A stretch of DNA of 64,000 nucleotides from Patescibacteria group bacterium (GTDB lineage: Bacteria; Patescibacteriota; UBA1384; XYA2-FULL-43-10; 1-14-0-10-43-13), in contig JBAYHC010000002.1 in NCBI GenBank assembly GCA_041666325.1, positions 157,319-221,318 of the forward strand, written 5' to 3'. The notes beneath the pieces were generated by a model. It worked only from the letters and a program-made list of their open reading frames with translations, did no database searches and had not been told where the DNA came from. Shown piece after piece: positions 9,029 to 18,880 of the stretch (within the stretch, counting starts at the first letter, position 1; each line of letters starts with the position of its first letter). Both the position numbers and the translations under genes were made by a program.

Positions 9029-9970
9029 TTACTTTCGCCACGGCGGGTTGCCGAAGCGACCGAGCGGGATCTGTTTCGTCCCGGCCGTGCCGGTGGCGAT
9101 CAAGAAGTCCTCGGTGCATTCGAGCCTCTTGATGAGGCCGATCTTGGGGTTGATCCCCGTGAACATCTCGCCGAGCTTGTACTTATCCTCGAACGGCTGG
9201 TAGGCGCAGACCGCCCGAATAGTGCGGCCCTCCTCCTCGACAAGGAAGACCACGTCGTTGTGGCGGCGGTTGATTGCGAGGCAGCCGGTGCTGCCGGTGT
9301 TCTTGAACTGGGCGTCCTGGTACCGGGTGCTTTCGGACGGGCTGATGGTCTGGATGATCCCGTCCATCGTTGCGTAGGCGACTGCGCCGGTGCGCAGATC
9401 ATGGTCAAGTGCGGCCACCTCGGAGTTTTCGTTGAACCAGAGCGGCCTGCTCTGGTCCCTGGAGCAGACGGCCCAGCCGACCTTCGGCTTGGGCTCCATG
9501 ATCTGGTGCCAGGTCCTGACCCCGTACACCTGCTGATCGGGTGTGGACATGTAGGCAACCCCAACGAACTGCAGGTAGGCCTCCATGTAGGTGGCCGGCG
9601 TGAAGACCGGTGTTGACACGGCCTCCAGCCAGATGCGCATGCCCGGTTTGAGCTCCTTGAAGCGGAGGTAGTCCGGGTGGGTAGGCGGGATGCAGATCTT
9701 CCGCCAGCCGTCCTGCCCGTAGTTGACCTTGATAGTGATGTGCTTAGTGAAAGCGCGATCACTTCCCATCTGGTCCCCGTAGCTGATGGCGGTAACGACC
9801 CCGCCGTCAGCGAGCGGCTTGACGAACGCCTTCGCCTCCTCTTCGGCTCTCACCTCAGACCTTGCATTCAGGACGTCGTCCTGATGCCAGATCCAGGTTC
9901 CGACCCAGAGGGTCATGAGGATGAGGCAGAATCCAAGCGCGATCTTCAGTGACTTCTCGATCTCTGTCAT
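9029..9970 (-). CDS. Hypothetical membrane-anchored protein, high GC (cassette gene B). The ORF track extends to 10090; the likely start is the Met at 9970 (MTEIEKSLK...). It may be a Cys-dependent peptidase-like protein (STGCLAI)
   Basis: N-terminal TM (IALGFCLILMTLWVGTWIW) and a GGGAGAGAAAG RBS. The leader resembles that of gene A. A weak L,D-transpeptidase-like Cys motif is present, but the family is not established. Confidence 0.5.
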   Translation of the reverse strand: MTEIEKSLKIALGFCLILMTLWVGTWIWHQDDVLNARSEVRAEEEAKAFVKPLADGGVVTAISYGDQMGSDRAFTKHITIKVNYGQDGWRKICIPPTHPDYLRFKELKPGMRIWLEAVSTPVFTPATYMEAYLQFVGVAYMSTPDQQVYGVRTWHQIMEPKPKVGWAVCSRDQSRPLWFNENSEVAALDHDLRTGAVAYATMDGIIQTISPSESTRYQDAQFKNTGSTGCLAINRRHNDVVFLVEEEGRTIRAVCAYQPFEDKYKLGEMFTGINPKIGLIKRLECTEDFLIATGTAGTKQIPLGRFGNPPWRK

Positions 9971-10037
9971 CTGCTTTCTCTCCCAACGTCGCTGGTGGTG
10001 GCGGGTTCTTTTTCCCCAACCCAACTGCAAAGTACTC

Positions 10038-10054
10038 GTTTGCGACGATCGAGC
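10038..10054 (-). promoter_or_regulatory. Conserved leader element (CGTTTGCGACGATCGAG) upstream of cassette gene B
   Basis: Second copy of the element seen at 8926-8943. Confidence 0.55.
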
Positions 10055-10190
10055 TTGTCTGGTCTTGCCAAACAATTTCGATCGCCGCAACGTGTCGACT
10101 TTGAGAAAAATCTATTCTTTCTGATTGTTAAAGAACGTAATATCATATCATAATTTATTAAAATTGTCAATAGAGCCAAGGACAGACTGC

Positions 10191-10218
10191 TTGACATTGG
10201 GTCGTATTGTGATATCAT
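10191..10218 (+). promoter_or_regulatory. Sigma70-like promoter TTGACA-16-TATCAT upstream of the ORF at 10248
   Basis: Consensus -35 at 10191-10196 and a -10-like hexamer at 10213-10218, in an AT-rich intergenic region. Confidence 0.5.
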
Positions 10219-10247
10219 GATGGCTAGCTTAATCAGCTACTTGCTGA

Positions 10248-11066
10248 TTGGGACTATATGGGAAAGAGGATAACCACGTGGATGGAAGTCAGGGGGCTAT
10301 TCGTGTCTATCTGATTTGGCTGCCTAATCCAGGCGGCAAAACATTGAAGAGCTATTATGATGATTGGCGGGTATATCCTTCACACATCAATAGCGAGGCT
10401 CGCACTCCGGATTGCGGAGTAAGAGTCGAAAGTCCGCGAGCGTTCACTTATGAAGAGTGCATGCTGTTTAAGCATCCGACCCAGAACATCTATTTTGCCT
10501 ATCCGGTTGTTGGCGGTGAGCCTTTCTTGATGCCGGGGGTTTACTCGCCGTACGAAGTGATTTGGAGAGAAAACGCCAAGCGCCAGGGTGTATCGGGCAT
10601 GATTTACCATGATCGCACACCCACTTACTTTCGGATTCTTTGCGGCGCCAGCAATACCAAGGACCAGCAGAGTCCAAATCCCAGCCTGTCGGGGAATTGG
10701 AGTAGTGAGGAGCCGTTAAAAGATGGCGATGTTAGATTGTGCTGGATTGGTTGGCAGTTGACAGATACGGGTAACATTGTTGGCTATGCTTATCCGGCAG
10801 TCCAATCAGACGAAGCCGAAAAGGCCACTGACGCGGTAATGATTGATGTTGAGGCTCGCCGGGGTGTTGTCCAAGTAGAGAACCATATACTCATCCTTGG
10901 CGGTGACCAGAGGGCACGGGTTTCGGCTCGGAAGCAGGGCGACCATGTCGTAATTGTCATATCCGGCGGGACCCGTAATAACGGGACCAACGGTAGCAAA
11001 GTATTGGCGCCCGGTGTGCTTGATCTTGCGTGCGCTGATGGCGTGTCTTTTGCTCCATTAGGCTAG
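10248..11066 (+). CDS. Hypothetical protein (272 aa), moderately high GC
   Basis: ORF downstream of a promoter and followed by a hairpin plus T6 at about 11074-11102. No family recognised. Confidence 0.45.
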   Translation: MGLYGKEDNHVDGSQGAIRVYLIWLPNPGGKTLKSYYDDWRVYPSHINSEARTPDCGVRVESPRAFTYEECMLFKHPTQNIYFAYPVVGGEPFLMPGVYSPYEVIWRENAKRQGVSGMIYHDRTPTYFRILCGASNTKDQQSPNPSLSGNWSSEEPLKDGDVRLCWIGWQLTDTGNIVGYAYPAVQSDEAEKATDAVMIDVEARRGVVQVENHILILGGDQRARVSARKQGDHVVIVISGGTRNNGTNGSKVLAPGVLDLACADGVSFAPLG

Positions 11067-11073
11067 ATTGCTG

Positions 11074-11102
11074 TTGCGCTGCCCGCTGGGTGGCGCTTTT
11101 TT
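11074..11102 (+). terminator. Probable intrinsic terminator (imperfect GC hairpin followed by T6)
   Basis: GCGCTGCCCGCTGGGTGGCGC followed by TTTTTT. Confidence 0.4.
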
Positions 11103-11203
11103 CATTCTGCGACTCCCTGCTTCATTTTCAGATCAAAACGTGTTACATTACAGACAATCACAAAGCTATGATTTAGAGGGCTAGTAACCCAAAAAGGAGT
11201 TCT

Positions 11204-12487
11204 ATGCTCGACATCAAAATAATTCGCGATAATCCGGAAGAGATAAAGCGCAGCATTACCAGAAAAGGTGCTGACTCTAATCTGGTTGACCAAGCGCTGG
11301 AGACTGATGAGAAGCGCCGCCAAGTTTTGGCTGAGATCGAACAAGTGCAGAGCGAACTCAATAGGCGTTCTTCTGATATTGCTCGACTGCATGGTCAGCA
11401 AAAAATTGATGCAATCAAAGAGGCCTCTCTTCTGTCCGACAAAGTCAAGGAACTAAAGCCGAAGGTTGATGAGATTAACGTCGACTTTAGAAAGATTATG
11501 CTAGATATTCCTAATCCGCCAGCTGACGATGTTATCGATGGTAAATCCGACAAAGACAACACGGTAAATAGGAAATGGGGTACTCCACCGCAATTTGATT
11601 TTCAGCCGAAAGACCATGTTAGCTTGGGCGAGACGCTCAACCTTATCGACATTGAACGAGCCGGCAAAATTTCAGGTTCTAGGTTTTATTTCTTAAAAAA
11701 CGAACTCGTGTTACTCGAGTTTGCCTTAATTAGGTATGCTTTTGATGTTTTGGTTGAAAATGGGTTTCAGCCGATGCTGCCGCCAGTGCTTCTTAATAGA
11801 CGAACGATGGAGGGCGCCGGCTATATTCCAGGCGGCGAAGATGAGATTTATCGAACTCAGGACGACACTTATCTGGCCGGTACAGCCGAACAACCGTTGG
11901 CAGGGTATCACATGGATGAGATTTTGGAGGAGAAGGAGCTGCCTTTGCGCTATGCTGGTTTTTCCTCGTGTTTTCGCAGAGAAGCAGGCAGCCACGGCAA
12001 AGACGTCAGAGGGATACTGCGAGCCCATCAATTTGATAAGGTTGAAATGTTCTCGTATGTTTTGCCGGAAGAGTCAGAGAAGGAGCACGACTACCTGGTT
12101 TCTTTGGAAGAAAAGATTGTCCAGGGCTTGGGTGTGCCATATCAGGTGGTCAATATTTGTGCCGGAGATCTTGGCGCGCCAGCAAGCAAGAAGTTCGATA
12201 TTGAATCTTGGATGCCAGGAGAGGACAGATATCGTGAAACGCACTCGTGTTCGAATGTAACAGACTTTCAGGCCAGGCGATTGAATATCCGCTATCGCAA
12301 AGACGATGGTAAGGTTCTGTATCTGCATACGCTGAACGGCACAGCCATCGCAATCGGGCGCATGCTTATTGCAATCATGGAGAATTACCAGCAAGCTGAT
12401 GGTAGCATCGTGGTTCCAGAAGTATTGCACAAATACGTTGGGTTCAAATCAATAAATACAAAAGCAAAAACCCAAAGTTTAAAATGA
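11204..12487 (+). CDS. serS: Seryl-tRNA synthetase
   Basis: Typical SerRS N-terminus (MLDIKIIRDNPEEIK...) with a coiled-coil arm and class II core motifs; 427 aa. Confidence 0.9.
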   Translation: MLDIKIIRDNPEEIKRSITRKGADSNLVDQALETDEKRRQVLAEIEQVQSELNRRSSDIARLHGQQKIDAIKEASLLSDKVKELKPKVDEINVDFRKIMLDIPNPPADDVIDGKSDKDNTVNRKWGTPPQFDFQPKDHVSLGETLNLIDIERAGKISGSRFYFLKNELVLLEFALIRYAFDVLVENGFQPMLPPVLLNRRTMEGAGYIPGGEDEIYRTQDDTYLAGTAEQPLAGYHMDEILEEKELPLRYAGFSSCFRREAGSHGKDVRGILRAHQFDKVEMFSYVLPEESEKEHDYLVSLEEKIVQGLGVPYQVVNICAGDLGAPASKKFDIESWMPGEDRYRETHSCSNVTDFQARRLNIRYRKDDGKVLYLHTLNGTAIAIGRMLIAIMENYQQADGSIVVPEVLHKYVGFKSINTKAKTQSLK

Positions 12488-12531
12488 CAGCGTCAGGTAT
12501 AATATTATTTTTCATTTGAGGAGATAGCCCC

Positions 12532-12873
12532 ATGAAAATACTATTTCACATAAAGGGAGTTGCTCTGACGGAACAGGAGAATAATGATATTGAGGAAAAG
12601 CTACAGGGATTGTCTCGTTTCGTTACTAGAGATGAGCCAGTGACTATAGACCTGTTTCTAATCGATGAGGCGGGCAAAAGAGCCAAGAACGGCCCCGACC
12701 AGATCGTCCACATCAACGCGCTTCTTTCTGGCGAGAACATCTTTATCGAAGAGCGGAACAGCCATCATATGCAAGCATTCTCAGAGGCGTATCATCGCTT
12801 CAAGAGAGCTTTGGAAGATCGTCATCGTAAGATGATTGACGAAGCAAAAGATTCTAATACTATGATTGAATGA
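12532..12873 (+). CDS. hpf: Ribosome hibernation promoting factor / RaiA (YfiA) family protein
   Basis: 113-aa protein whose layout matches the sigma-54 modulation/HPF family (short form), preceded by a TATAAT box. Confidence 0.55.
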   Translation: MKILFHIKGVALTEQENNDIEEKLQGLSRFVTRDEPVTIDLFLIDEAGKRAKNGPDQIVHINALLSGENIFIEERNSHHMQAFSEAYHRFKRALEDRHRKMIDEAKDSNTMIE

Positions 12874-12894
12874 ATTAATCATTGGGAGGCGCGA

Positions 12895-13128
12895 GTGTCC
12901 AACGATCAAAATGAGCAAACGGGTGTGCCAAATGACAACACCGATCATGTTGCGGATTTGAATTTAGCCGACGATGCTGACTTGGATATGGAGATCTTGC
13001 CTGACGACGGGGGAGTTAAAGTTGGTGGTGTTTGGTATTCATCACTTCAAAGTTACTTTGAAAAAAGAGAGGAAGAGTTGAAAAAACGAGCAGCAGGCGG
13101 CAGTGGTGGACAGGATCAGGCCAAATAG
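12895..13128 (+). CDS. Small acidic hypothetical protein (77 aa, GTG start)
   Basis: ORF only; low-complexity D/E-rich sequence. Confidence 0.3.
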   Translation: MSNDQNEQTGVPNDNTDHVADLNLADDADLDMEILPDDGGVKVGGVWYSSLQSYFEKREEELKKRAAGGSGGQDQAK

Positions 13129-13265
13129 GTAGAATAGGTTGTCAATACTAAAATCCGAGTTGCAAATGCTAAATGCGTTTTCCGGTGACGAAAATCAAAA
13201 CATCTAGGTATTAAGTCATTTAGTTTTTGTTTGGTATTAGAAATTAGGAATTTGGAATTATTTTT

Positions 13266-16115
13266 ATGTCATTATTCGATTTAATCGTTAAAAGTCCAAA
13301 CAAGAAGGTTCTGCGCGATCTTCAAGACCAAGCGGAGAATGTTTCCGCTTTTGAAGACTCTATTAAAAAACTTTCTGATGAAGAACTAAGGGCAAAAACA
13401 GCTCAATTTAGAGAAATGATCGAAAGGGAGCGGAAAAAAGGATTGAGTGACGCAAATATTGCGACTCAATTACTTTCCGAAGCTTTTGCTGTTATGCGCG
13501 AGGCGATGCGTCGCGTTTGGAATGAGCGCCACTTCGATGTTCAGGTTATGGGTGGCATAGTGCTGCACCAGGGCAAGATTGCTGAGATGAAAACTGGTGA
13601 GGGCAAAACGATTGTTGCGGCGTTGCCGCTTTATCTGAATGCTCTTTTCGGTCGGGGCGCGCATTTGGTTACAGTTAACGACTATTTGTCCCGCCGTGAC
13701 GGTGAGGGCATGGGTGATGTTTACCACTTCTTGGGATTGTCGACGGGCATAATTCAAAGCAATTTCCAAACTTTCAAATTCGCCAAAAATGTTGATTATG
13801 GTCATTATTCTGAAGCAGAGGGCAAAAATCTAGAGCCCTGCTCTCGCACAGAGGCGTATGCCTGTGATATTACATACGGTACCAATAACGAATTTGGCTT
13901 TGATTACCTCCGCGACAATATGATTTTCCGACTTCCGGATGCCTCTCAACGCGAGCTTTATTATGCCATCGTCGATGAGGTGGACTCAATTTTGATTGAT
14001 GAGGCTAGAACGCCGTTGATTATATCTGCTCAAGCCGAGGAATCAACTTCTCTCTATCAACAGTTTGCAGCGCTTGTTCCGCGCCTGAATCCTGGCGAAG
14101 ATTATTCGGTTGACGAGAAAGATCGCGTTGTCACATTGACCGACTCTGGTATCCAAAAAATGGAGAAGATGCTCGGGGTTAAAAATATTTATGAGGGCGA
14201 TGGCATTGCTCTTGTCCACCATCTCGAGGAGGCACTCAAAGCTCATGCGCTCTTCAAGCGCGACAAAGACTACGTCGTCAAGGACGGCGAGATCGTTATC
14301 GTCGATGAGTTCACGGGCCGCCTTATGGTTGGTCGTCGTTACTCAGAGGGTTTGCATCAAGCAATCGAGGCCAAAGAGGGGGTCGAGGTCAAACAAGAAT
14401 CGCAGACATTAGCTACGATCTCATTTCAGAACTTTTTCCGCATGTACAAAAAGCTTGCCGGCATGACAGGAACGGCGGCGACCGAAGCGGAGGAGTTCTT
14501 TAAAATATACAAGCTTGATGTTGTTGAGATTCCAACAAACAGGCCAGTCACGCGTAAAGATTCTACTGACCGTATCTACAAGACATCAGAGGCAAAGTGG
14601 AATGCGATTGTTGCGGATATTAAGATATGCCAGGAGCAAGGACAACCTGTTCTTGTTGGAACGGTTTCGGTCGAGAAAAATGAGATGCTTTCCAAGCTTC
14701 TCAAGCGCGCCGGAGTGAAGCACGAGGTGCTCAACGCGAAACATCACGACCGGGAGGCAAAGATCGTCGCGAAGGCCGGAGAATTTGGTGCCGTGACTGT
14801 GGCTACCAACATGGCCGGGCGCGGCACAGATATCAAGATCGGCAAGGAGATTAAGGAGATTGGCGGTCTCCATGTCATCGGAACCGAGCGTCATGAAGCG
14901 CGTCGTATCGATAATCAGTTGCGCGGTCGTGCTGGACGCCAAGGTGACCCCGGTTCCTCTCAGTTTTATGTTTCTCTGGAAGATGACCTGATGCGTATCT
15001 TTGGTGGCGACCGGATCAAGAGCCTGATGAACTCACTGGGTTTGCCTGATGAGATGCCGATTGAAAACAGAATGATCTCTAAGTCGATCGAATCAGCCCA
15101 ACGCAAGGTGGAGGGCCACAACTTTGACATAAGAAAACATCTGGTTGAGTATGACGATGTCATGAACAAACACCGCGAGGTGATTTATCGCAAGAGACGG
15201 GAAATTTTAGAGGCAGAGGGTGGAAAACGAAAGATAGAAATCGATAATGATGAGGCGTTCGATGCCGAGGATGAGCAAACGACCCTCAGAGAGGAAATTC
15301 TAAGCATTATCTCTGATGAGGTCAGGCTCGTCTTGGAGTCTGTTGAAGATGAAGAGGCAGCGAAAAAGGAGCTCTCCGCCATATTCGGCACATCCGACCT
15401 CCCGCTGAATGAAGAGAAGCTCATCGAGATCAGTGAGAGGATGTATGACGAACGTGAGCGAAAATTTAGTCCCGAGTCGATGAGAGAGATCGAAAAAGCG
15501 GTCTATCTCCGCACGATTGATATGCTTTGGGTTCAGCACTTAACAACAATGGATGAGCTCAGAACCGGTATCGGGCTGCGTGGCTACGGACAACGTGATC
15601 CCCTGGTTGAATACAAGCAGGAATCATATCGTTTGTTTCAACAGCTGCTAAAAAGTATCGAGCTCTCCGTGGCGCGGACCATATTTAAGGTTGAAGTTAG
15701 GATCGAGGCTGCACCGATGACAGCTAAGCCTTTGCAATACGAGAAGCCAGATCTTGATGAGATTGGTGGTGTCGAGGATGAGGTTCTGGAGATAGAGGAA
15801 AAGACAGAGGAGGCGAGAGGGCGACCCCACTACGCTGAAGCTTCGCGGGGCGAGAAGGGCGATCCGTCTCGACGAGGCCGAGTCGAGGCGGAAGGCGGAA
15901 GTGAGTCGCAGCACGAAGCTCCAAATAATACTCGTAGCAATGATTCTGGGGGTGTGACGACCACTGTTCGATATGGCGGCAAGACGGTTTATGAAAGAAT
16001 GAAGGAATCATCAGGCGGACAGGTGGCGACGGTACGAGGCAAAGAAAAGGTTGGCAGAAATGATCCTTGTCCTTGCGGATCCGGCAAGAAATTCAAAAAG
16101 TGTCACGGAAAGTAA
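13266..16115 (+). CDS. secA: Preprotein translocase ATPase SecA
   Basis: DEAD-like motor motifs, including the Walker A sequence MKTGEGKT, and a C-terminal zinc-binding tail (CPCGSGKKFKKCHG); 949 aa. Confidence 0.95.
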   Translation: MSLFDLIVKSPNKKVLRDLQDQAENVSAFEDSIKKLSDEELRAKTAQFREMIERERKKGLSDANIATQLLSEAFAVMREAMRRVWNERHFDVQVMGGIVLHQGKIAEMKTGEGKTIVAALPLYLNALFGRGAHLVTVNDYLSRRDGEGMGDVYHFLGLSTGIIQSNFQTFKFAKNVDYGHYSEAEGKNLEPCSRTEAYACDITYGTNNEFGFDYLRDNMIFRLPDASQRELYYAIVDEVDSILIDEARTPLIISAQAEESTSLYQQFAALVPRLNPGEDYSVDEKDRVVTLTDSGIQKMEKMLGVKNIYEGDGIALVHHLEEALKAHALFKRDKDYVVKDGEIVIVDEFTGRLMVGRRYSEGLHQAIEAKEGVEVKQESQTLATISFQNFFRMYKKLAGMTGTAATEAEEFFKIYKLDVVEIPTNRPVTRKDSTDRIYKTSEAKWNAIVADIKICQEQGQPVLVGTVSVEKNEMLSKLLKRAGVKHEVLNAKHHDREAKIVAKAGEFGAVTVATNMAGRGTDIKIGKEIKEIGGLHVIGTERHEARRIDNQLRGRAGRQGDPGSSQFYVSLEDDLMRIFGGDRIKSLMNSLGLPDEMPIENRMISKSIESAQRKVEGHNFDIRKHLVEYDDVMNKHREVIYRKRREILEAEGGKRKIEIDNDEAFDAEDEQTTLREEILSIISDEVRLVLESVEDEEAAKKELSAIFGTSDLPLNEEKLIEISERMYDERERKFSPESMREIEKAVYLRTIDMLWVQHLTTMDELRTGIGLRGYGQRDPLVEYKQESYRLFQQLLKSIELSVARTIFKVEVRIEAAPMTAKPLQYEKPDLDEIGGVEDEVLEIEEKTEEARGRPHYAEASRGEKGDPSRRGRVEAEGGSESQHEAPNNTRSNDSGGVTTTVRYGGKTVYERMKESSGGQVATVRGKEKVGRNDPCPCGSGKKFKKCHGK

Positions 16116-16258
16116 TAATATGTATTCAGTTAGCGCTTCGGAACAGATCAAGGGTATTCCATATAGTGTTTAACTTTAAGGTAGCGCCTTGAAAGAGCAG
16201 AAAGTATTATGAGGCTTTCAGCGAATGGCTTGAGAGAAAGAGGTGAGAAGTATAAAGG

Positions 16259-17875
16259 GTGGTTTCCAGGGCAAATAAGCAACACGCGGAGGTAGATGTG
16301 GCGGCAAAAAACAAGGCATTATTAATTATTCTCGATGGTTGGGGCTTGACTCCTGCAGAAAAGGGCAATGCGCCACTTTTGGCAAAAACTCCAAACCTAG
16401 ATTATATTTATGCTACTTATCCAAAAACTTCTCTTGCGGCCTCGGGTCTAGAAGTTGGATTGAATCCCGGAGAACAGGGCAACTCTGAAGTGGGGCATTT
16501 GAACTTGGGGTCAGGGCGGGTTGTGTGGGAGAATCTGCCTCGCATTGGCCAGTCGATTGAGAATGGGGACTTCTTCAACAATCCTGCCCTTCTTCAAGCA
16601 GTAGACCATGCCAAGAAAAACAACTCTTGTTTGCATCTTTGGGGTCTGATCTCTGACGGCGGAATTCACTCTCATATCAAGCATGTAATTGCCTTGCTTG
16701 ACCTCGCCTCTCGCGCGAAGCTAACAAAGGTTCTAGTTCACTTTATTACTGATGGTCGTGATACCTCTCCGAAACAAGCGGAAAGCTTTGTCTCTCAGCT
16801 CGAATCTGCCATAAATCAATATCGGGTTGGCTCAATAGCTACCATGGTTGGTCGTTATTTTGCTATGGACCGGGACAAGAACTGGGATCGTGTTGCCAAA
16901 GCCTATGGTCTCATCACTCAGAATGAGGGTCAGCACTTTGACACTGCGCTGGCGGCACTTAGCTCTTCTTACGCTGCTGGTGAAAGCGACGAGTTTTTGG
17001 AGCCAAAAGTAATTGGTAATGGCGGGACAGTAGCGGATAACGATGCGATCATTATGTTCAATTTTCGTAATGACAGAGCACGCCAGATGCTTGAAGTCTT
17101 GACTAATCCTGACGCAGAGAATTTCCCTCATGAGCTGCCAAAAAATCTTTTTGTCGCAACTATGACGCAGTATTACAAAGACCAGCTCGCACCAGTTGCT
17201 TTTGAGAAGATTAATCTTGCCCAGACCATTGGTGAAGATATCGCTTCGCTTGGGTTGAGTCAATTTCATGTGGCAGAGACTGAGAAGTATGCCCATGTTA
17301 CCTATTTTTTCAATGGCGGGAGCGAAAAAGCCTTTCAGGGTGAAAATCGTGTTATCGTGCCATCCAAGAAGGTGGCTACTTATGACTTGGCGCCAGAGAT
17401 GTCTGCCAGAGAGATCACTGCCAAGATTTGTGAGTCCATTGGCAGGGGTGACGATTTGATTGTGGCGAATTATGCTAATGGTGATATGGTCGGTCACACT
17501 GGCAACCTCGAAGCTGCAATGAAGGCGTGCGAGGTCGTTGACCAGTGCTTAGGTGAGGTTCTCACTGCAGCGAGTCAGGCCGGATATCATGCAATTCTGA
17601 CTGCAGACCATGGCAATTGTGAGGTCATGATTGATGAAGTGACCGGTGGTCCCAATAAAGAACATACGACCAATCCTGTTCCCTTTGTTAATTTAAAACT
17701 TGAACAAGTTCCTTTTTCTCCCGTCCTGACCCCAAGTGATCCTGCCTCATACGCGCAGTATGCTGTGGGTACGCCAGTGGGGATTTTAGCAGATGTGGCG
17801 CCTTCAGTACTCGCAATTTTGGGCATCGATCAACCGTCCCAGATGGTCGGTATGGATTTAACAACCGCACTTTGA
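16259..17875 (+). CDS. gpmI: 2,3-bisphosphoglycerate-independent phosphoglycerate mutase
   Basis: LIILDGWGL N-terminal motif and iPGM-length protein. The likely real start is the GTG at 16298, with a GGAGG SD 5 nt upstream. Confidence 0.9.
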   Translation: MVSRANKQHAEVDVAAKNKALLIILDGWGLTPAEKGNAPLLAKTPNLDYIYATYPKTSLAASGLEVGLNPGEQGNSEVGHLNLGSGRVVWENLPRIGQSIENGDFFNNPALLQAVDHAKKNNSCLHLWGLISDGGIHSHIKHVIALLDLASRAKLTKVLVHFITDGRDTSPKQAESFVSQLESAINQYRVGSIATMVGRYFAMDRDKNWDRVAKAYGLITQNEGQHFDTALAALSSSYAAGESDEFLEPKVIGNGGTVADNDAIIMFNFRNDRARQMLEVLTNPDAENFPHELPKNLFVATMTQYYKDQLAPVAFEKINLAQTIGEDIASLGLSQFHVAETEKYAHVTYFFNGGSEKAFQGENRVIVPSKKVATYDLAPEMSAREITAKICESIGRGDDLIVANYANGDMVGHTGNLEAAMKACEVVDQCLGEVLTAASQAGYHAILTADHGNCEVMIDEVTGGPNKEHTTNPVPFVNLKLEQVPFSPVLTPSDPASYAQYAVGTPVGILADVAPSVLAILGIDQPSQMVGMDLTTAL

Positions 17876-17927
17876 TACTATTGTTGGAGACAGAAAATTA
17901 GCGGTCCGATAGCTCTAGGATAGGAGT

Positions 17928-18734
17928 TTGCGACCCACAAATATGTCAGAAAGCCCACAAACAAAAGAAAAATCAGCTTTGGCAGAGCCGGCTGTATCGC
18001 AAAACCAAAAGAAATCAACACAGGAAACACCTTCTCATAAGAGTAAGGATGTTGTAATTGAATTTGATCATGTTACGAAGCGTTACCCCGGTCAAATTAC
18101 AGCTGCCGACGATGTTTCTTTTAAGATTTGCTTGGGCGAGTTTATCTCAGTTGTCGGTCCGTCCGGTGCAGGGAAATCAACTCTTATTCGCCTCCTCACT
18201 TGTGAGGAGCGGCCAACAGGGGGACATATCTATGTTGCTGGTCGCGACGTGACGAAATTAAAGCCCAAAGAACTCCCATTTTATCGCCGCAAAGTAGGTG
18301 TAATTTTTCAGGATTTCAAGTTATTGCCAAGAAAAACTGTTTACGAAAACATTGCTTTTGCGCTGGAGGTTGCCGATGCTCCGAACTGGGAGATCAAAGA
18401 GAGTGTGCCCAAGATTATTGAGATCGTTGGTCTCTCGACTCGATCTAACGCTATGACGGAGGAGCTTTCTGGCGGCGAGAAACAGCGTGTTTCTATTGCG
18501 CGAGCACTGGTGCATAAGCCCAAACTTCTCATTGCTGATGAGCCAACTGGAAACTTGGACCCAGTTACCACATGGGAAATTATTGAGCTTCTTTTCAAGA
18601 TTAATCAACAGGGAACAATTGTTATCCTCGCCACACACGATCGCGAGGTTGTCGACTCACTCGAGAGAAGGGTTATGAGCATGAAGAATGGTGCCATAGT
18701 CTCCGATCAAGAGAAGGGCAAGTATATCCTCTAA
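17928..18734 (+). CDS. ftsE: Cell-division ABC transporter ATP-binding protein FtsE (with an N-terminal extension of about 45 aa)
   Basis: Walker A (GPSGAGKST), ABC signature (LSGGEKQR), Walker B (LLIADEPTGNLD). An ftsX gene follows directly. Confidence 0.85.
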   Translation: MRPTNMSESPQTKEKSALAEPAVSQNQKKSTQETPSHKSKDVVIEFDHVTKRYPGQITAADDVSFKICLGEFISVVGPSGAGKSTLIRLLTCEERPTGGHIYVAGRDVTKLKPKELPFYRRKVGVIFQDFKLLPRKTVYENIAFALEVADAPNWEIKESVPKIIEIVGLSTRSNAMTEELSGGEKQRVSIARALVHKPKLLIADEPTGNLDPVTTWEIIELLFKINQQGTIVILATHDREVVDSLERRVMSMKNGAIVSDQEKGKYIL

Positions 18735-18880
18735 ATCGAAGATTTTGAGGAAAGCTAGCAAATTTCTAATATCTAATCCCTAAACAAATCCCAATAACCA
18801 AATACTCAATTGACCAAAATTTTGAATATTAGAGCTTAGAAATTGTTTAGAAATTAGAAATTAGGATTTAGAAATTTCAC

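Noticed and set aside
9100-9762. 220-aa Arg/Ser/Thr-rich minus-strand ORF and a 118-aa plus-strand ORF inside cassette gene B
   Set aside because: These are alternative-frame shadow ORFs of a high-GC gene and are strongly low-complexity.
16832-17497. 221-aa ORF antisense to gpmI; similar antisense or shadow ORFs occur within secA, mrdA, ligA, gatA, prfA and others
   Set aside because: They lie fully inside well-supported conserved genes on the opposite strand or in another frame, with no independent signals.
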